Source of the DNA: an uncultured Candidatus Peribacteria bacterium
Lineage (GTDB): Bacteria; Patescibacteriota; Gracilibacteria; BD1-5; JAGOOR01
Length of the DNA: 64,000 nt
Assembly (NCBI GenBank): GCA_964544625.1
Contig: CAZJBQ010000002.1
Coordinates: 49,462-113,461 of the forward strand
Direction: 5' to 3'
Both the position numbers and the translations under genes were made by a program. Under the pieces are notes generated by a model. That model saw nothing but the letters and a program-made list of their open reading frames with translations. It was not told the origin of the DNA and did not search any database. Shown piece after piece: positions 1-10,645 of this stretch (positions are counted from its first letter, which is position 1; the number at the start of each line of letters is the position of its first letter).

Positions 1-123
1 TGAGAAATACTGCACTGAGGAGACGTATTTTTATAAACAGCCTGGGCTTCGCAATACGAGAGTGATTGTACGAGACCCATCGCAGGTTTTTTACCGACAT
101 TTTTATCCGTAGGGAAAGTATTG

Positions 124-714
124 TTAATCTCGGGGGAATCGGGGTAAAGGGTGTCTTCTAGTTGATTCCTGACCATTCTCAAACGCTGAACTTTGTGCTG
201 CGTCTTGCGCTCTTTGTCTTGCTTCTTCTTGTTCTTCGAATCAGAGAACAATAGCAGCAATTCTCTCTGAATATTCAGATGATGTATTACCTAAAATAAT
301 TGTTCTCAGTGATCCTGGTTGTTTCATATTGTCGATATCGGCACTAGCTGTCCATATTTCTCACACTTTTTTTACATCAAAACCTGCCAATTCAGTTCAT
401 GGAATTTTATCTTCGTCTTTCAAAACAGTTATTCCCCCTGAAAAAAGAATTTCTTCTTGAAGAGGGTTGGGGTTTGATTCCCATATCTTATCCATGTTTA
501 TTCTCTGTATCATGGCTCTAAATTTTGTCGTAGTTGCCACAACACGATATTTCCCAACAGTTTCATCTATGACATCCACTCAAACTACTTCAATTGGTTT
601 TGTAGATGCTTCGTAGAGAGAAGGCATTCTAATAAAACCTGGTTTTAGTGGGCGGTCCCAGTCACGAATACTTCCATCGTTAAGATATATTCCTTTGTTT
701 TCATTTTCGGGCAT
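124..714 (-). CDS. hypothetical protein (196 aa)
   Basis: ATG at 714 to TAA at 124-126. The frame is continuous only if four in-frame TGA (e.g. 580-582, 397-399) are sense codons. No motif recognised. Confidence 0.45.
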
Positions 715-809
715 AAATAATGTATAATTAGTATTTACTCAATAATTTTATAATATTTCTGAAAAAGTAAATTTTTCTCTCGAACCACTTCAGCTATACT
801 TCGAATAGT

Positions 810-1277
810 ATGTTCACGTTCCAATACTTCAAAATCCCGAAAATTCTCTCTCGTCGCTATTGTCAAAGGGTACTTCAGGCACTCGAAAAAGTCGTGAAAA
901 AACCACAGAAAGGAAGTATTAATCTTATCGTTATAGATGCTGAAGAAATGGCTGCTATGAATGAGAAATTTCGTGGGAAAATTGGTCCGACGGACATATT
1001 GACATTCTCATATGTCAGTCAAATGAAAAATGAAAAATGAAAAAAGAAAAATGAAGGATTTTTTTTCCCTCAAAACTTTGAGATAGCAGGAGAAATCTAT
1101 CTCTGTCTCGAAAAAATAAAACTCTATGCAAAGGAGTCATGAAAAACCTACAAAGAACAGCTCGAATATATCATCATCCACGGACTCACACATCTTATGG
1201 GTTACGATCATGAGAGTGAGAAGGATTGGCAAGAAATGGAGAAAGTAGAGAAAAAAATTCAATGACTCCTTAAATAA
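810..1277 (+). CDS. ybeY: endoribonuclease YbeY (rRNA maturation)
   Basis: C-terminal HGLTHLMGYDH metal motif. One frame through TGA at 1038, 1140 and 1263. TAA at 1275-1277. Confidence 0.85.
1021..1055 (+). repeat. heptanucleotide tandem repeat (AAATGAA x5, one variant unit) inside ybeY
   Basis: Units at 1021, 1028, 1035, 1042 (AAAAGAA) and 1049. Translated as MKNEKGKKKNEG in a loop of YbeY. Confidence 0.9.
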
Positions 1278-1280
1278 AAA

Positions 1281-1304
1281 CCTCTGAGAAATCAGAGGTT
1301 TTTT
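1281..1304. terminator. bidirectional intrinsic terminator between convergent ybeY and the SIMPL gene
   Basis: Stem CCTCTGA/TCAGAGG with a 4-nt loop. A-run upstream and T-run downstream. Confidence 0.7.
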
Positions 1305-1322
1305 ATGATAGAAAGGAATTTT

Positions 1323-2126
1323 TTAATTTATTTCGTATTTGAGATTGATTTGAATCGTCACTTCCTGTGAGCCAGCTTCGATAGATGGAGCGACAGAGCT
1401 GTCGGCAGTCATAGCTTTTGACTCCATATAGACTCGTGGTTGATTGTATGGAGAAGAGAAACTTTCGCTGATTTCGAGGAGTCGTCCGAGGCTGAATCCA
1501 GCAGCCTTGGCTGTACTCTGTGCTTTTTCTTGGGCTTTCTTTATCGCTTCGGCGCGGGCAGTATTTTCGAGTGCAGTCGAGTCATCGATGGCGAATTGGA
1601 GATTTGAGACAGAGTTAGCACCATTTTTGACCACGCCCGAGAGTAAATCACTTATCTTTTTGAAATCGCGTATTTTGAGAGAGACAGACTGTTGGATAGT
1701 GTATCCGTCGATTTTTGGAGGAGGACAGATACCGCCTTTGATACTGTAATCACACACGATATTCTCGTATCGAGGCTGGATGCTGTACTGAGATGTTTTG
1801 ATATCTTTTTTATCAATACCTTCTTTCGTGATAAAATCGATGGCTTTGTTCATTTTTTCTGCATTTTTGGACTGGAGTGCTGCGAGGTCGGTATCTCCTT
1901 CCGTTATAACATCAAATGAGAAACCAGCCACATCTGGCACTCCGACAGCTTTGCCATCTCCAGAGACTGTAAAACTACGGAAATTCGATGGTTCACTCGA
2001 TCTATCGTAGGTCTTGGTTATGAGGAAGCCGAGATAGAGAGCTCCACCGAGGGAGATGATGAGAGCGAGTCCGAGGAGATTTTTGAGAAATGAGTTCATA
2101 GAAAATATAATAAAGAGAGGAATCAT
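1323..2126 (-). CDS. SIMPL/DUF541 family protein (YggE-like), N-terminal signal/TM
   Basis: Intact 267-aa ORF. Overall pattern (N-terminal TM, ...IDGYTIQQSVSLKIRD..., ...ARAEAIKKAQEKA...) is typical of the SIMPL family. Confidence 0.75.
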   Translation of the reverse strand: MIPLFIIFSMNSFLKNLLGLALIISLGGALYLGFLITKTYDRSSEPSNFRSFTVSGDGKAVGVPDVAGFSFDVITEGDTDLAALQSKNAEKMNKAIDFITKEGIDKKDIKTSQYSIQPRYENIVCDYSIKGGICPPPKIDGYTIQQSVSLKIRDFKKISDLLSGVVKNGANSVSNLQFAIDDSTALENTARAEAIKKAQEKAQSTAKAAGFSLGRLLEISESFSSPYNQPRVYMESKAMTADSSVAPSIEAGSQEVTIQINLKYEIN

Positions 2127-2240
2127 TCTATAAACCTATGGAGTATTTGAAACTCTACTAGTCTTGCCTATAGAGATATTGTTTTTTTCTTAATTATGAG
2201 ATTAATTTGACTAATTGAATATATAAAGTATAAAACCTGT

Positions 2241-4004
2241 ATGCACAAAGGCGAGTTTATATCACCAGATGTACTATTCGAAGGGAAAGAAGTACCGCTC
2301 CCATATATTCCTATCCATATTATTCATTTACTTGCTCGCAGGGCCCCAAATATAATATATGGATTTGATGGATCAAAGAGAAAACAACTCGATCAATACA
2401 TAGCGGGCTTGCGAGATATCTGAGCAACAAATAAACTCCTCCGCAGGATGCTCGTTGGCTTTACAGATTGAATATCAGTGAAATGTAGGCGAATTGAAAT
2501 GTCTCTCATAGATTTAATAGGGGGAGAAGCAGTTAATGCATTACAAACGAGCAAAGGACTTGCGAGAAACGATCTCCTCAAACAACTGCAAGGAATGATT
2601 TTCTCAGAAAAAAGTTCTTTTGCACAGTCAGGTATATCGATTTCATGTGTTGTGGAGGACGTAGGGCCAAATAATGTTTTTCATACTCTTGATCAACTGA
2701 AAAAGAGTAGGGTAAGTCTCATAGTGGCGACAGTTGTTGATATATTTGAGCATGAATTCCTCTCCGAACTCATACAATGAGTCAAGGGGAAAGTAGGTCG
2801 CTTACTTGATCTGTGAGAACCTGTGTTGCGAACGTTTCTAGAAAATGATCAAAGTGTTGGAGCGTATGTGTCTCCCGGGGATAATGCATGGAACCAGCGT
2901 GAGATAATGATAGGGGATAAAAAGCAGAGGTATAAGGATCCGTGTGTTGATAACTCAGGCGCACTTATTGTACCACTGTGCCCAGAGGAAATTTATGATG
3001 GAGAAAATCATGAATGGAAAAATGCAGACAGAGTCAAGGTGTACAATATCGAAGAGGCAGTTGTGCGGGATATATTGGATGGGAGATCACGCAAAGGTCT
3101 CAAACACAGAACATCAATGCTTGTGCCACAGACTGACGTCATTAAACCTGGGCAAACTAGAATTCTTGAGATACCACTTGATGCAGGTCCTTATAATGCT
3201 AATATCGGTGTTGTATGTGTGTGACCAGATGGGAAGGAGATAGATGTCGTACATTTTCCCGCGACGTATCTCGATGCTGTACGTTCGTTTCCAGACGGTG
3301 AGAATCGTATACAGGTAGAAATCAAAAATGTTGGGAGTAAAGATATACAACTCAAAGATATTCATTTCCGAGTCAAATTTTATAAAACTGACACAAAAAC
3401 TCGTAAAAAATGGGAGCTCAGAAAAGCTCTCCAGTATGCAGAATTCAAATGATATTATGCTCTCGAACACCTCATATATACCAAAGTTTTGAAAGGTACA
3501 GAAGGGTGAAATCTAGAGGATTGCATGCTTGCGCTGGGAGATCTCAGTAATATGGATAATTTTTGGTGAGATGATCAAGGGGTATTATTTTATCAGCAAG
3601 AGGTTAATGGACACATAGAGGATAGATTCGAAAGGGTGGCATACTCATGATCAGAAGGGGTGAAATTGCAATCAATTACGGCATGAGAAGTCCGAGAATA
3701 TGGTACGACATATCAGAGAGAGCTCATACGAGTTCTGCAAAACGCTTGTTTAGTCGGGAGGGAAAAGAGGGTTATATTTGTCTGTCGTAATGATATAAAT
3801 CATGAGAGCCTGATGGCTATTACCAAGACAGGAAGCGTGACTGATATACTGTCTGTGCCAGGCAAGCGCACTGCATTTGAACCAAATAATGACTTACTGA
3901 AGATGTGTAAACATGAAAAAATACAACTGACTTCTATTAGTGTTGTAGAGCCGGGTACAGCTGATCGAGATGCTACGTATAATCTCCTAGGTGCTCAGCG
4001 ATAA
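2241..4004 (+). CDS. hypothetical protein (587 aa)
   Basis: Track ORFs 2241, 2478, 2823 and 3813 are all in frame 0 and are joined by TGA codons with no TAA/TAG between them. -10 TATAAA lies 6 nt before the ATG. Confidence 0.6.
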
Positions 4005-4009
4005 AATGA

Positions 4010-4243
4010 TTAATTAATTATCTCGACTACTTTCTCCCGAGATGTATGTCCGTGTAGAATAGCAATACGCGATTTTGGTACATCAAAAAATTCAGAGAGT
4101 GCTTCGATGAGCCCGCGATTAGCTTCACCATCGACAGGTTTTTCTCGGATTTTTACTACGAGCGTCTTTTCTCAAAACAAATTCTCCACCCAATCTATAG
4201 ATTCTTTTCTACTGCCTGGCTTGACATGGACTGTGATTTTCAT
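4010..4243 (-). CDS. DUF167 (YggU) family protein
   Basis: 77 aa: MKITVHVKPGSRKESI...VVKIREKPVDGEANRGLIEALSEFFDVPKSRIAILHGHTSREKVV. One in-frame TGA. Confidence 0.8.
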
Positions 4244-4320
4244 GTCCAAATTATAGAGAAAAAAATGTTTTGTGCTTGTTTTAATTTGACCATAAGATTT
4301 TTATTCTTATATACAATATA

Positions 4321-5157
4321 ATGCCTATTATTCATTACGCTAATTCATCCGAGGGGGTTCAACCGAGACCCAATGATCACCGTCTGCAAAAAAACTGGCG
4401 CAGAGTGGCCGAGATAATACCGCCAGATTCTCTCCCAGTATCACTCATGCCAGTATTACCGGGTCTCTATCGGTCCAATTTGCCATTTCCTCAGCAATTT
4501 AACGCTCTTTCAGAACTCGGCATCCGCCATATTATTGCTCTCACGGAATGTCGAGCACTCTATACACAGGCTATCAAAGATGGAGACTTACCAGAAAACA
4601 TAACTGTGCATCACACGCCGTATAATCAGAGACGTTTTCTCACACTTCAAGAATTAGTGAAATTAGTCAAAATGATACATACTGCTCGCCAGGATGGAGC
4701 AGTACTCGTGCACTGCATAGCTGGTATGACCAGAACAGGATTAACAGTTTCAGCCTATATAGCTGCTATTCTTGCTCATGAGCCTCTCGATGGTTTTGAT
4801 TCTATGACGGGCGTAGGGCATCTCCTCCGACGTTGGTATGATTTTGTCACTATTTCTGGATGAGTGATTGATCCAGTGCATCGCGAAGCGATGAGAACAC
4901 GATTTGCAGCGATTGATATCTTAGCCCAAGAAAAAAACCAAGTTGTACCCAAATTTCTCCGGCCTCATGTAGGGACATTTAATTTCCATGCCCTCAGAGA
5001 AATAGTACACTTCGGAGATATCAGGGATATATTGCCAGACTTTTTCCCTGTTCCTACGAGTTCTTCGCCCACTTTACTCCAGCGTACACTGCCGGTGTTG
5101 CCAGTACACTCATGAGACATCGGAATGTCCAATACGGCAGTATCACTCCCCACATAA
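4321..5157 (+). CDS. dual-specificity/tyrosine phosphatase-like protein
   Basis: HCX5R(T) signature VHCIAGMTRTG. Track ORFs 4321 and 4864 share a frame across TGA 4861-4863. The first TAA is at 5155. Confidence 0.7.
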
Positions 5158-5761
5158 ATGCGTGATTACCAGCCCAGAATGATTCTGCTCCAGGGACGTA
5201 CATCGCGAGATACACGAAGAGGGCTCCATCAATTCATTGCGAGATAAAATTGGAGAGATTGGTTGAAAGCCAGAGAGATTTTCACTTGAGTTTCTCTCGG
5301 AGACGACAAAAGATGATAACATCGAGAATATCTGACACCGCAAAGGCAACGATGCTGGCGAGAGAGAAGCGGAGCGTCTGACCAAAAATCGTATCAAAAG
5401 CTGCTTCCTTGTCCACAAATATCATACTCGCGGGGAGGGTGGTGCTGAGCCATGAGAAGAAAGCGAGACCGATAATTGAGAAGAGAGAAATTCGATAGAC
5501 AGTTCGAGCTGTTTTATATCACCATACTTGCGCTAATATATCATTGATACAGTAGATAAACGGGATAAAAAATATCGCCATAGAAACCTTTAATTGTGGT
5601 ATATTGATCGGTCCAAAGTGAAGCGATATATTCCCAACGGGAGAAGTTTTGACGCCGAGAGTTTCTGTCATAATAACACAGAAAATATACAGACCAACGA
5701 GCGTGATGAGTTTCGTTTCCTGCGGAGTTGCTTCGTGTGATTTTTTGAGAAAGGAGAACAT
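5054..5761 (-). CDS. YhhQ/DUF165 family transporter (queuosine-precursor transporter family)
   Basis: PFIYCINDILAQVWGYKTAR and STNLSNFISQGIDGALFVY...ATPAVYAGVKWAK match the YhhQ pattern. ATG 5761. TAG at 5054-5056. Confidence 0.7.
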
Positions 5762-5869
5762 AGCTTTTACAAATGAAGAATTAAAAATGAAGAATGGAGG
5801 AATTATATCATAGTATGCTGCTTTAGAAGCTTGAGATTGATTGTATCTCAAATAATTGGAATGCAAAAT

Positions 5870-6625
5870 CTATGCACTGATACGAGTTCCGCCACGGATA
5901 GTACGTCCCATGATATGTTGGTAAACAGTTGAAGTAACCCCATCACAAATATGGGTCACACCACCTGTTTTTGCGAATTCTCTCCCGACTGCAAGTTTTG
6001 AGCGCATGCCTCCTGTTCATGTCTGTGATTTTTCTCCACAAACTGTTCCCAGCCAACTCTCTGTTATAGTGTCTGACGAAAGTTCTTTGATTCGTGTTGA
6101 CGCATCATCTTTGTCGGAGTAGACACCATTTGTATTGGTGATGAGCACGATATCCGAAGCAGAGAGATATCGTGCTACGAGGAGAGCATTTTTATCATTA
6201 TCAGCGCCTCTTCCGAGCGCTTGCATTTCTGCCGTTGAGAGAGCATCGTTTTCATTGATAATTGGGAGTACTCCAGCCTCGAGAATATCGTTGACTGTGC
6301 GTACAAATTGAATTCGATGACTCTCTATATCTTCGAGAGTAGCATGAGTTGGGAGGATTTGTGCTGTGACGATACCACGCTTTCGAAATTTCTCTGCATA
6401 GCGTGCCATCAGTATTGGTTGACCGACACTCGCGAGTATTTGGTTATTTTTCTCTCATCAGAGTATCTCACGGCCACATCCGACTGCTCCAGAAGAAATG
6501 AGAATAACAGAGATTTTTTGTTTCATGAGTTGGGCGATATCTGCGATCATTTTTTTCACCTTTTCGCTGGTGTGAAAATTCGCGAGAGATTCTGTGCCGA
6601 CTTTCACGATAATTGTTTTGTCCAT
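5870..6625 (-). CDS. proB: glutamate 5-kinase (no PUA domain)
   Basis: IIVKVGT..., GADNDKNALLVA, and G(TGA)TGGMRSKL motifs. Track ORF 6017-6409 extended in frame on both sides. Confidence 0.75.
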
Positions 6626-6639
6626 AAAATTGTTGTATA

Positions 6640-6760
6640 AAAAATAAAAACCCTCTTGCGTACAAGAGGGCTGAAAAGAATATTGTGTACTTAAGAGCTA
6701 CCCCTTGGGAGAGAAGAGAAGTGGGGGAACCGGTGATGTGATTTGGAAAATATGATTCAT
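6640..6760 (-). promoter_or_regulatory. leader-peptide attenuator, unit proximal to proB (Pro-rich leader)
   Basis: Leader ORF 6760-6698 encodes MNHIFQITSPVPPLLFSPKG. Terminator CCCTCTTG/CAAGAGGG (6651-6670) plus a U-run. The leader 3' end CAAGGGG can pair with the terminator 5' arm. Confidence 0.6.
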
Positions 6761-6764
6761 AGCA

Positions 6765-6907
6765 ATAAAAAATCCCTCTACTGAAGAGGGATTTGAATTT
6801 AAAAATACAACAAATCTACCTCTTCATGAAGTTGAGATATGGCGGAGTTGAGAGATTTTTGTTGCAGAACATACTACAGAGTATAGCTTCGTTTCTGATT
6901 TTGTAAA
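6765..6907 (-). promoter_or_regulatory. promoter plus leader-peptide attenuator, distal unit of the proB tandem
   Basis: TTTACA-16-TATACT, then 7 nt, then ATG 6872. Leader ORF 6872-6816 encodes MFCNKNLSTPPYLNFMKR. Terminator ATCCCTCT/AGAGGGAT (6772-6792) plus a U-run. Confidence 0.5.
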
Positions 6908-6920
6908 ATAACAAATTTTT

Positions 6921-7502
6921 TTATCCGAATCTATGTTTCATCCAGAGAAGTATGGATAGCTGTAGATTACTTAGAGCTTTTCACTCGTAGAGTGATTGGG
7001 GAGTTTCCCACGACAATGTTCTAGGCATAGTATGAGAATCTGTATCCTCCTGAAAAATCCCTACTTCACCTGCGAGCAGTATGCGTCAGAGAAAGAGCAT
7101 GCCAGATTCTTTGTCCGTTTCGCATGGAATGAGCACTCAAAAATCCCCATGGCCACAACTATCAACAGGAGTAATATGCGGAAGTTTTTGAGTGAGAAGT
7201 TCATCAGGACGGAGACTTCATTTACCAACAGTTATTATGGATTTTCATGGTCTTCAAGAAGATTCTGTTACGAGCAATCTTCAGGCCCGATCAGCTACTA
7301 TGATACATCTCTGTGCCACTGTCTGTCAATCATATCTTTTCGGACGTACAAACTGCTGTTCTTTCATATGGATAACTGTTTCTGCATCGGGAAGTATGTT
7401 TAACCCAGGAACAGTTGTGACCTTACCAATTCAAAAGGCGTGAATGAGTTTTTCTGTATTAGGTTGGGCAACAATGGTTTTTGATATATTTGTGCTGGAC
7501 AT
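6921..7502 (-). CDS. hypothetical protein (193 aa)
   Basis: ATG 7502 to TAA 6921-6923 with nine in-frame TGA and no TAA/TAG. The plus-strand track ORFs here look like antisense artefacts. Confidence 0.5.
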
Positions 7503-7602
7503 AGTATAGATTTTTATAGTAGACAATTTTATTTTATGTCAAATATCTGTTTTTACGTTCCTGTGGATATAGTTTTCTGAAAAAAATCACTACAATCCAT
7601 CT

Positions 7603-8931
7603 ATGTCTCGTTTTTCCGATTACATCCAAAAAACATTTAGTTTCTCTTCCTCTGAAGCAGAGGAGATTATTGCTGCGATGATTACACCTATTGGCAAAAG
7701 TATCCGTGTGAATACTCAGAAAATCTCTCTTGAAAACTTCAAACTCCACGCAAAAGAACAAGGTTGGACACTGACCGATACTGATATTCCCGAAGTATTT
7801 CTCATAGATCGTGATGATACAACCGTAGCTCTCGGTCGTACCATCGAGCACTCTGCAGGTTGGTTTTATATCCAAGAAGTTGCCGCTGCCCATCCGCCTT
7901 ATTTGCTCAAAAAACATATCACAACTCAACCCGATAAGATCCTCGACATGTGTGCTTCGCCCGGTGGGAAGACGACACAGCTCGCTGATTATTTCCCAGA
8001 ATCACTCATCATAGCCAACGAAGTGAATCGGACTCGTACACCACAACTCTTCGATAATCTCGACCGTATGGGCTATGACAATGTCGCAGTTGTTTCCTGT
8101 GATGGCCGATTTTTCCAAAATTTTCCTGGTTTTTTTGATGCCGTTCTCCTCGACGCCCCCTGTAGTGGTGAGGGGACAGCATTTCGTGATAGCGCTATCG
8201 TCGACCACTGGCATGAGAAAAATATTGATCGTATTGCGAAACTTCAGAAACAGCTCATGGAAACAGCCGAAGCTGTGACGGCCTCAGGAGGTACCCTCTC
8301 GTATTCGACCTGTACACTCAATGTCATGGAAAACGAAGAAGTCCTCGATTCAAGGTTAAAAATTGAAGAACCACAACTCACAGAATTATTTCGAAAGCGT
8401 TTCTGGCCTCATATAGAGCATACTGGATGATTTTTTGCATCTATTTTTCAGAAAAAACCTTCAACTGATATTCACCATGACTATCCTGTACTCGCAGCAC
8501 AAGGTCAGAAAAATCTCATCGTCAAGCCTGCGACTAAAGGCGAGCGAGAAATTGTCGAACGATTTGTCTCAAAATATCTCAAGACAAAATTAAAAGATTG
8601 ATATCTCTATCTCTCAAAGGACGGCGTGTATTTCAATCAGAGAAATCTCGGACCATTGGCGGAGTATTATTACTTTGTCCATGGAGGCATGCGTCTCGGC
8701 TCTATCAGATGAAATACTTTTACTCCTACACATCATCTAATGTGGGCCATTACTGAAACGGAGCAAATTCCAGAAATAGAACTCACGACAGAGCAATGGA
8801 GCGATATTCAGAATAATAAAAAAGCTCATTTTGAGGAAGAAGATGGATATTATGTGGTGAAGTATTGACGATGAACCGTCGGGCTTCTCAGTGTCGAAAA
8901 TAACACCCTCATAACCAAGTCTTTGCGATAA
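7603..8931 (+). CDS. NOL1/NOP2/Sun family rRNA (cytosine-C5) methyltransferase (RsmB/RsmF-like)
   Basis: DMCASPGGKT and DAPCSGEG motifs. C-terminal extension read through four TGA. TAA at 8929-8931. Confidence 0.85.
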
Positions 8932-8935
8932 AAAA

Positions 8936-9169
8936 AGACCTCTTCCCGGCTCCCTCAGTCATAACAAGTGTCGATGACGATTGGCTAAGAAAAGGTCTCT
9001 GGGACAATACGAACCATACTCGTATATCAGTGTTGTGCCATCCCCTGCGGTGAGTTGAGGAGTATTCACCAGCTCCGTACCCTATGGCTCTATCAGTATA
9101 GTATGTGATAGAAGGATACTAACGTATCTATTTTGTGAGGACGTATGGCGTCACTTAGGACAGCTCAAC
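8936..9169 (-). ncRNA. candidate ~235-nt small RNA, class unknown
   Basis: Minus-strand TTGACA-17-TTTAAT (9204-9176). Multiple hairpins. Terminal stem GACCUUUU/AAGAGGUC followed by U6 (8931-8936). No ORF. Confidence 0.35.
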
Positions 9170-9254
9170 AATCATATTAAAACATATAATTATTAATCTG
9201 TCAAATTATTTCATACTCTTTTCTTTATATTGCTAAAAAATCCTTTTCTCTACA

Positions 9255-9695
9255 ATGAAAACTATGCAATGACTTTCATGACTTCTCTGGCTCCAGAAGC
9301 GCAACCGTGAGTTTAATGGATGGTTCGCGGAGTCGAATATAGACTACTATCTCGATGGAGCTCTCAGTGAAATAAATGAGATTAAAAAAAGTATTCAAGA
9401 CAAAAATCACGATGAACTCGAGCTCGAGGTCGGCGATCTCCTCTGGGACGTCCTCTCTCTCATCAACAAGCTCGACCACGAGAAACTGATTGACATGGAG
9501 AGAGTGTGCCCTCGTGCTGTCGGTAAATTCGCAGAGCGTATGCCATACAATGTCGAGTGATACTTCGAATGAGACCCGGTAAAACGTGAAGAACTCTGGA
9601 ATGCCGTCAAAAAACTCCAAAAGGCTCGCGGAATAGATGAACGTCATTGCCTGGTACAAAAAGTCTGGGAATCTGTCGAAAATAACAACATTTAA
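9255..9695 (+). CDS. MazG-type nucleoside triphosphate pyrophosphohydrolase
   Basis: ELELEVGDLLWDVLSL core and overall all-alpha MazG pattern. Four in-frame TGA. Confidence 0.7.
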
Positions 9696-9704
9696 TTATT
9701 TTTT

Positions 9705-10025
9705 ATGCATACAGGATTGTGGCTCACATGTATCGCGGGCATCTTCCTTACTATAGGGGATTTCACTTTGCGATATTGGACACAGAATACGAGCATATGG
9801 AAGTGGTACATTCTCGGAGTTTTGATTTATTTTATCTCGCTCAACCTCCTGGCGCAGAGCTATCGATTCAAAAATATCGCCATTGCCTCTCTCATCATGG
9901 AGATAGTAAACTTGGCTACCTATATTGGTATTAGTTATTGGAAATTCGGCGAAGTTCTCTCTCGGATGGAGATAACAGGTATCTTTCTCGGAATAGCAGC
10001 CATTATTTGTTTTGAACTTGGATAA
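9705..10025 (+). CDS. small 4-TM membrane protein (SMR/DMT-like)
   Basis: Intact 106-aa ORF with a four-hydrophobic-segment pattern. Confidence 0.5.
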   Translation: MHTGLWLTCIAGIFLTIGDFTLRYWTQNTSIWKWYILGVLIYFISLNLLAQSYRFKNIAIASLIMEIVNLATYIGISYWKFGEVLSRMEITGIFLGIAAIICFELG

Positions 10026-10027
10026 AT

Positions 10028-10582
10028 ATGCTCTTCGCGCTTTGAACAACTAATACCCCTAAGACAAATGCTATCCGTGAGGCTCTCACGACCTGCCCGT
10101 ACCTCGTAGATAGAGATATCGATATTCGAGGATATCGTGTTGATTCATGAATTGCTGACATGCCACTGACTCTCGTGGATTTGCGAACAGGTGCTCAGAA
10201 TCGTGCAGCAGCGGTGCGCCTCCTCAGTCCTGAGGCAGACTATTTTGTTGGCATGGAGGGGGGTGTCTATAGGGATAGTGTCGGGAATGATTATTGGCTC
10301 ACAGGTCTCGTCTATATGGAAAATAGAGCATGAAAAGGACATTTCGGATATTCATGTCATATGCCAGTGCCAGATATCGTGGTAGAGAAACTCTATGACG
10401 GTTCAGGCAGAGATCTGGAACAAATCATGCATGAGATAGCAGGTGTAGAGAATATCGGTGACCATGCGGGGTCATTCGCTCTCTGGTCATCGAATATGCT
10501 TACCCGAACCGATCAATTTCGTCTCGCGACGCAGTGTGCCATTGTTCCATTTTTTAGTTCTTTTTATACCATGAAAAAATAA
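10028..10582 (+). CDS. YjjX-like non-canonical NTPase (DUF84)
   Basis: ALG(TGA)TTNTPK...GYRVDSG(TGA)IADMP...GAQNRA...EADYFVGMEGGV parallels E. coli YjjX. Confidence 0.75.
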
Positions 10583-10645
10583 TTGTATAAAGTCCGTAAC
10601 GGATTAAACTAATACAACAAATTAAACAGATTAAACCTTTCCCTT

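Noticed and set aside
1-100. Partial minus-strand CDS at the left edge
   Set aside because: Two alternative ATGs (at 100 and 80) in different frames give equally unconvincing peptides. The sequence is too short to call.
5762-5869. preQ1 riboswitch in front of the YhhQ-like transporter
   Set aside because: The 5' region is almost devoid of G and cannot form the small P1 hairpin plus A-rich tail of preQ1-I/II.
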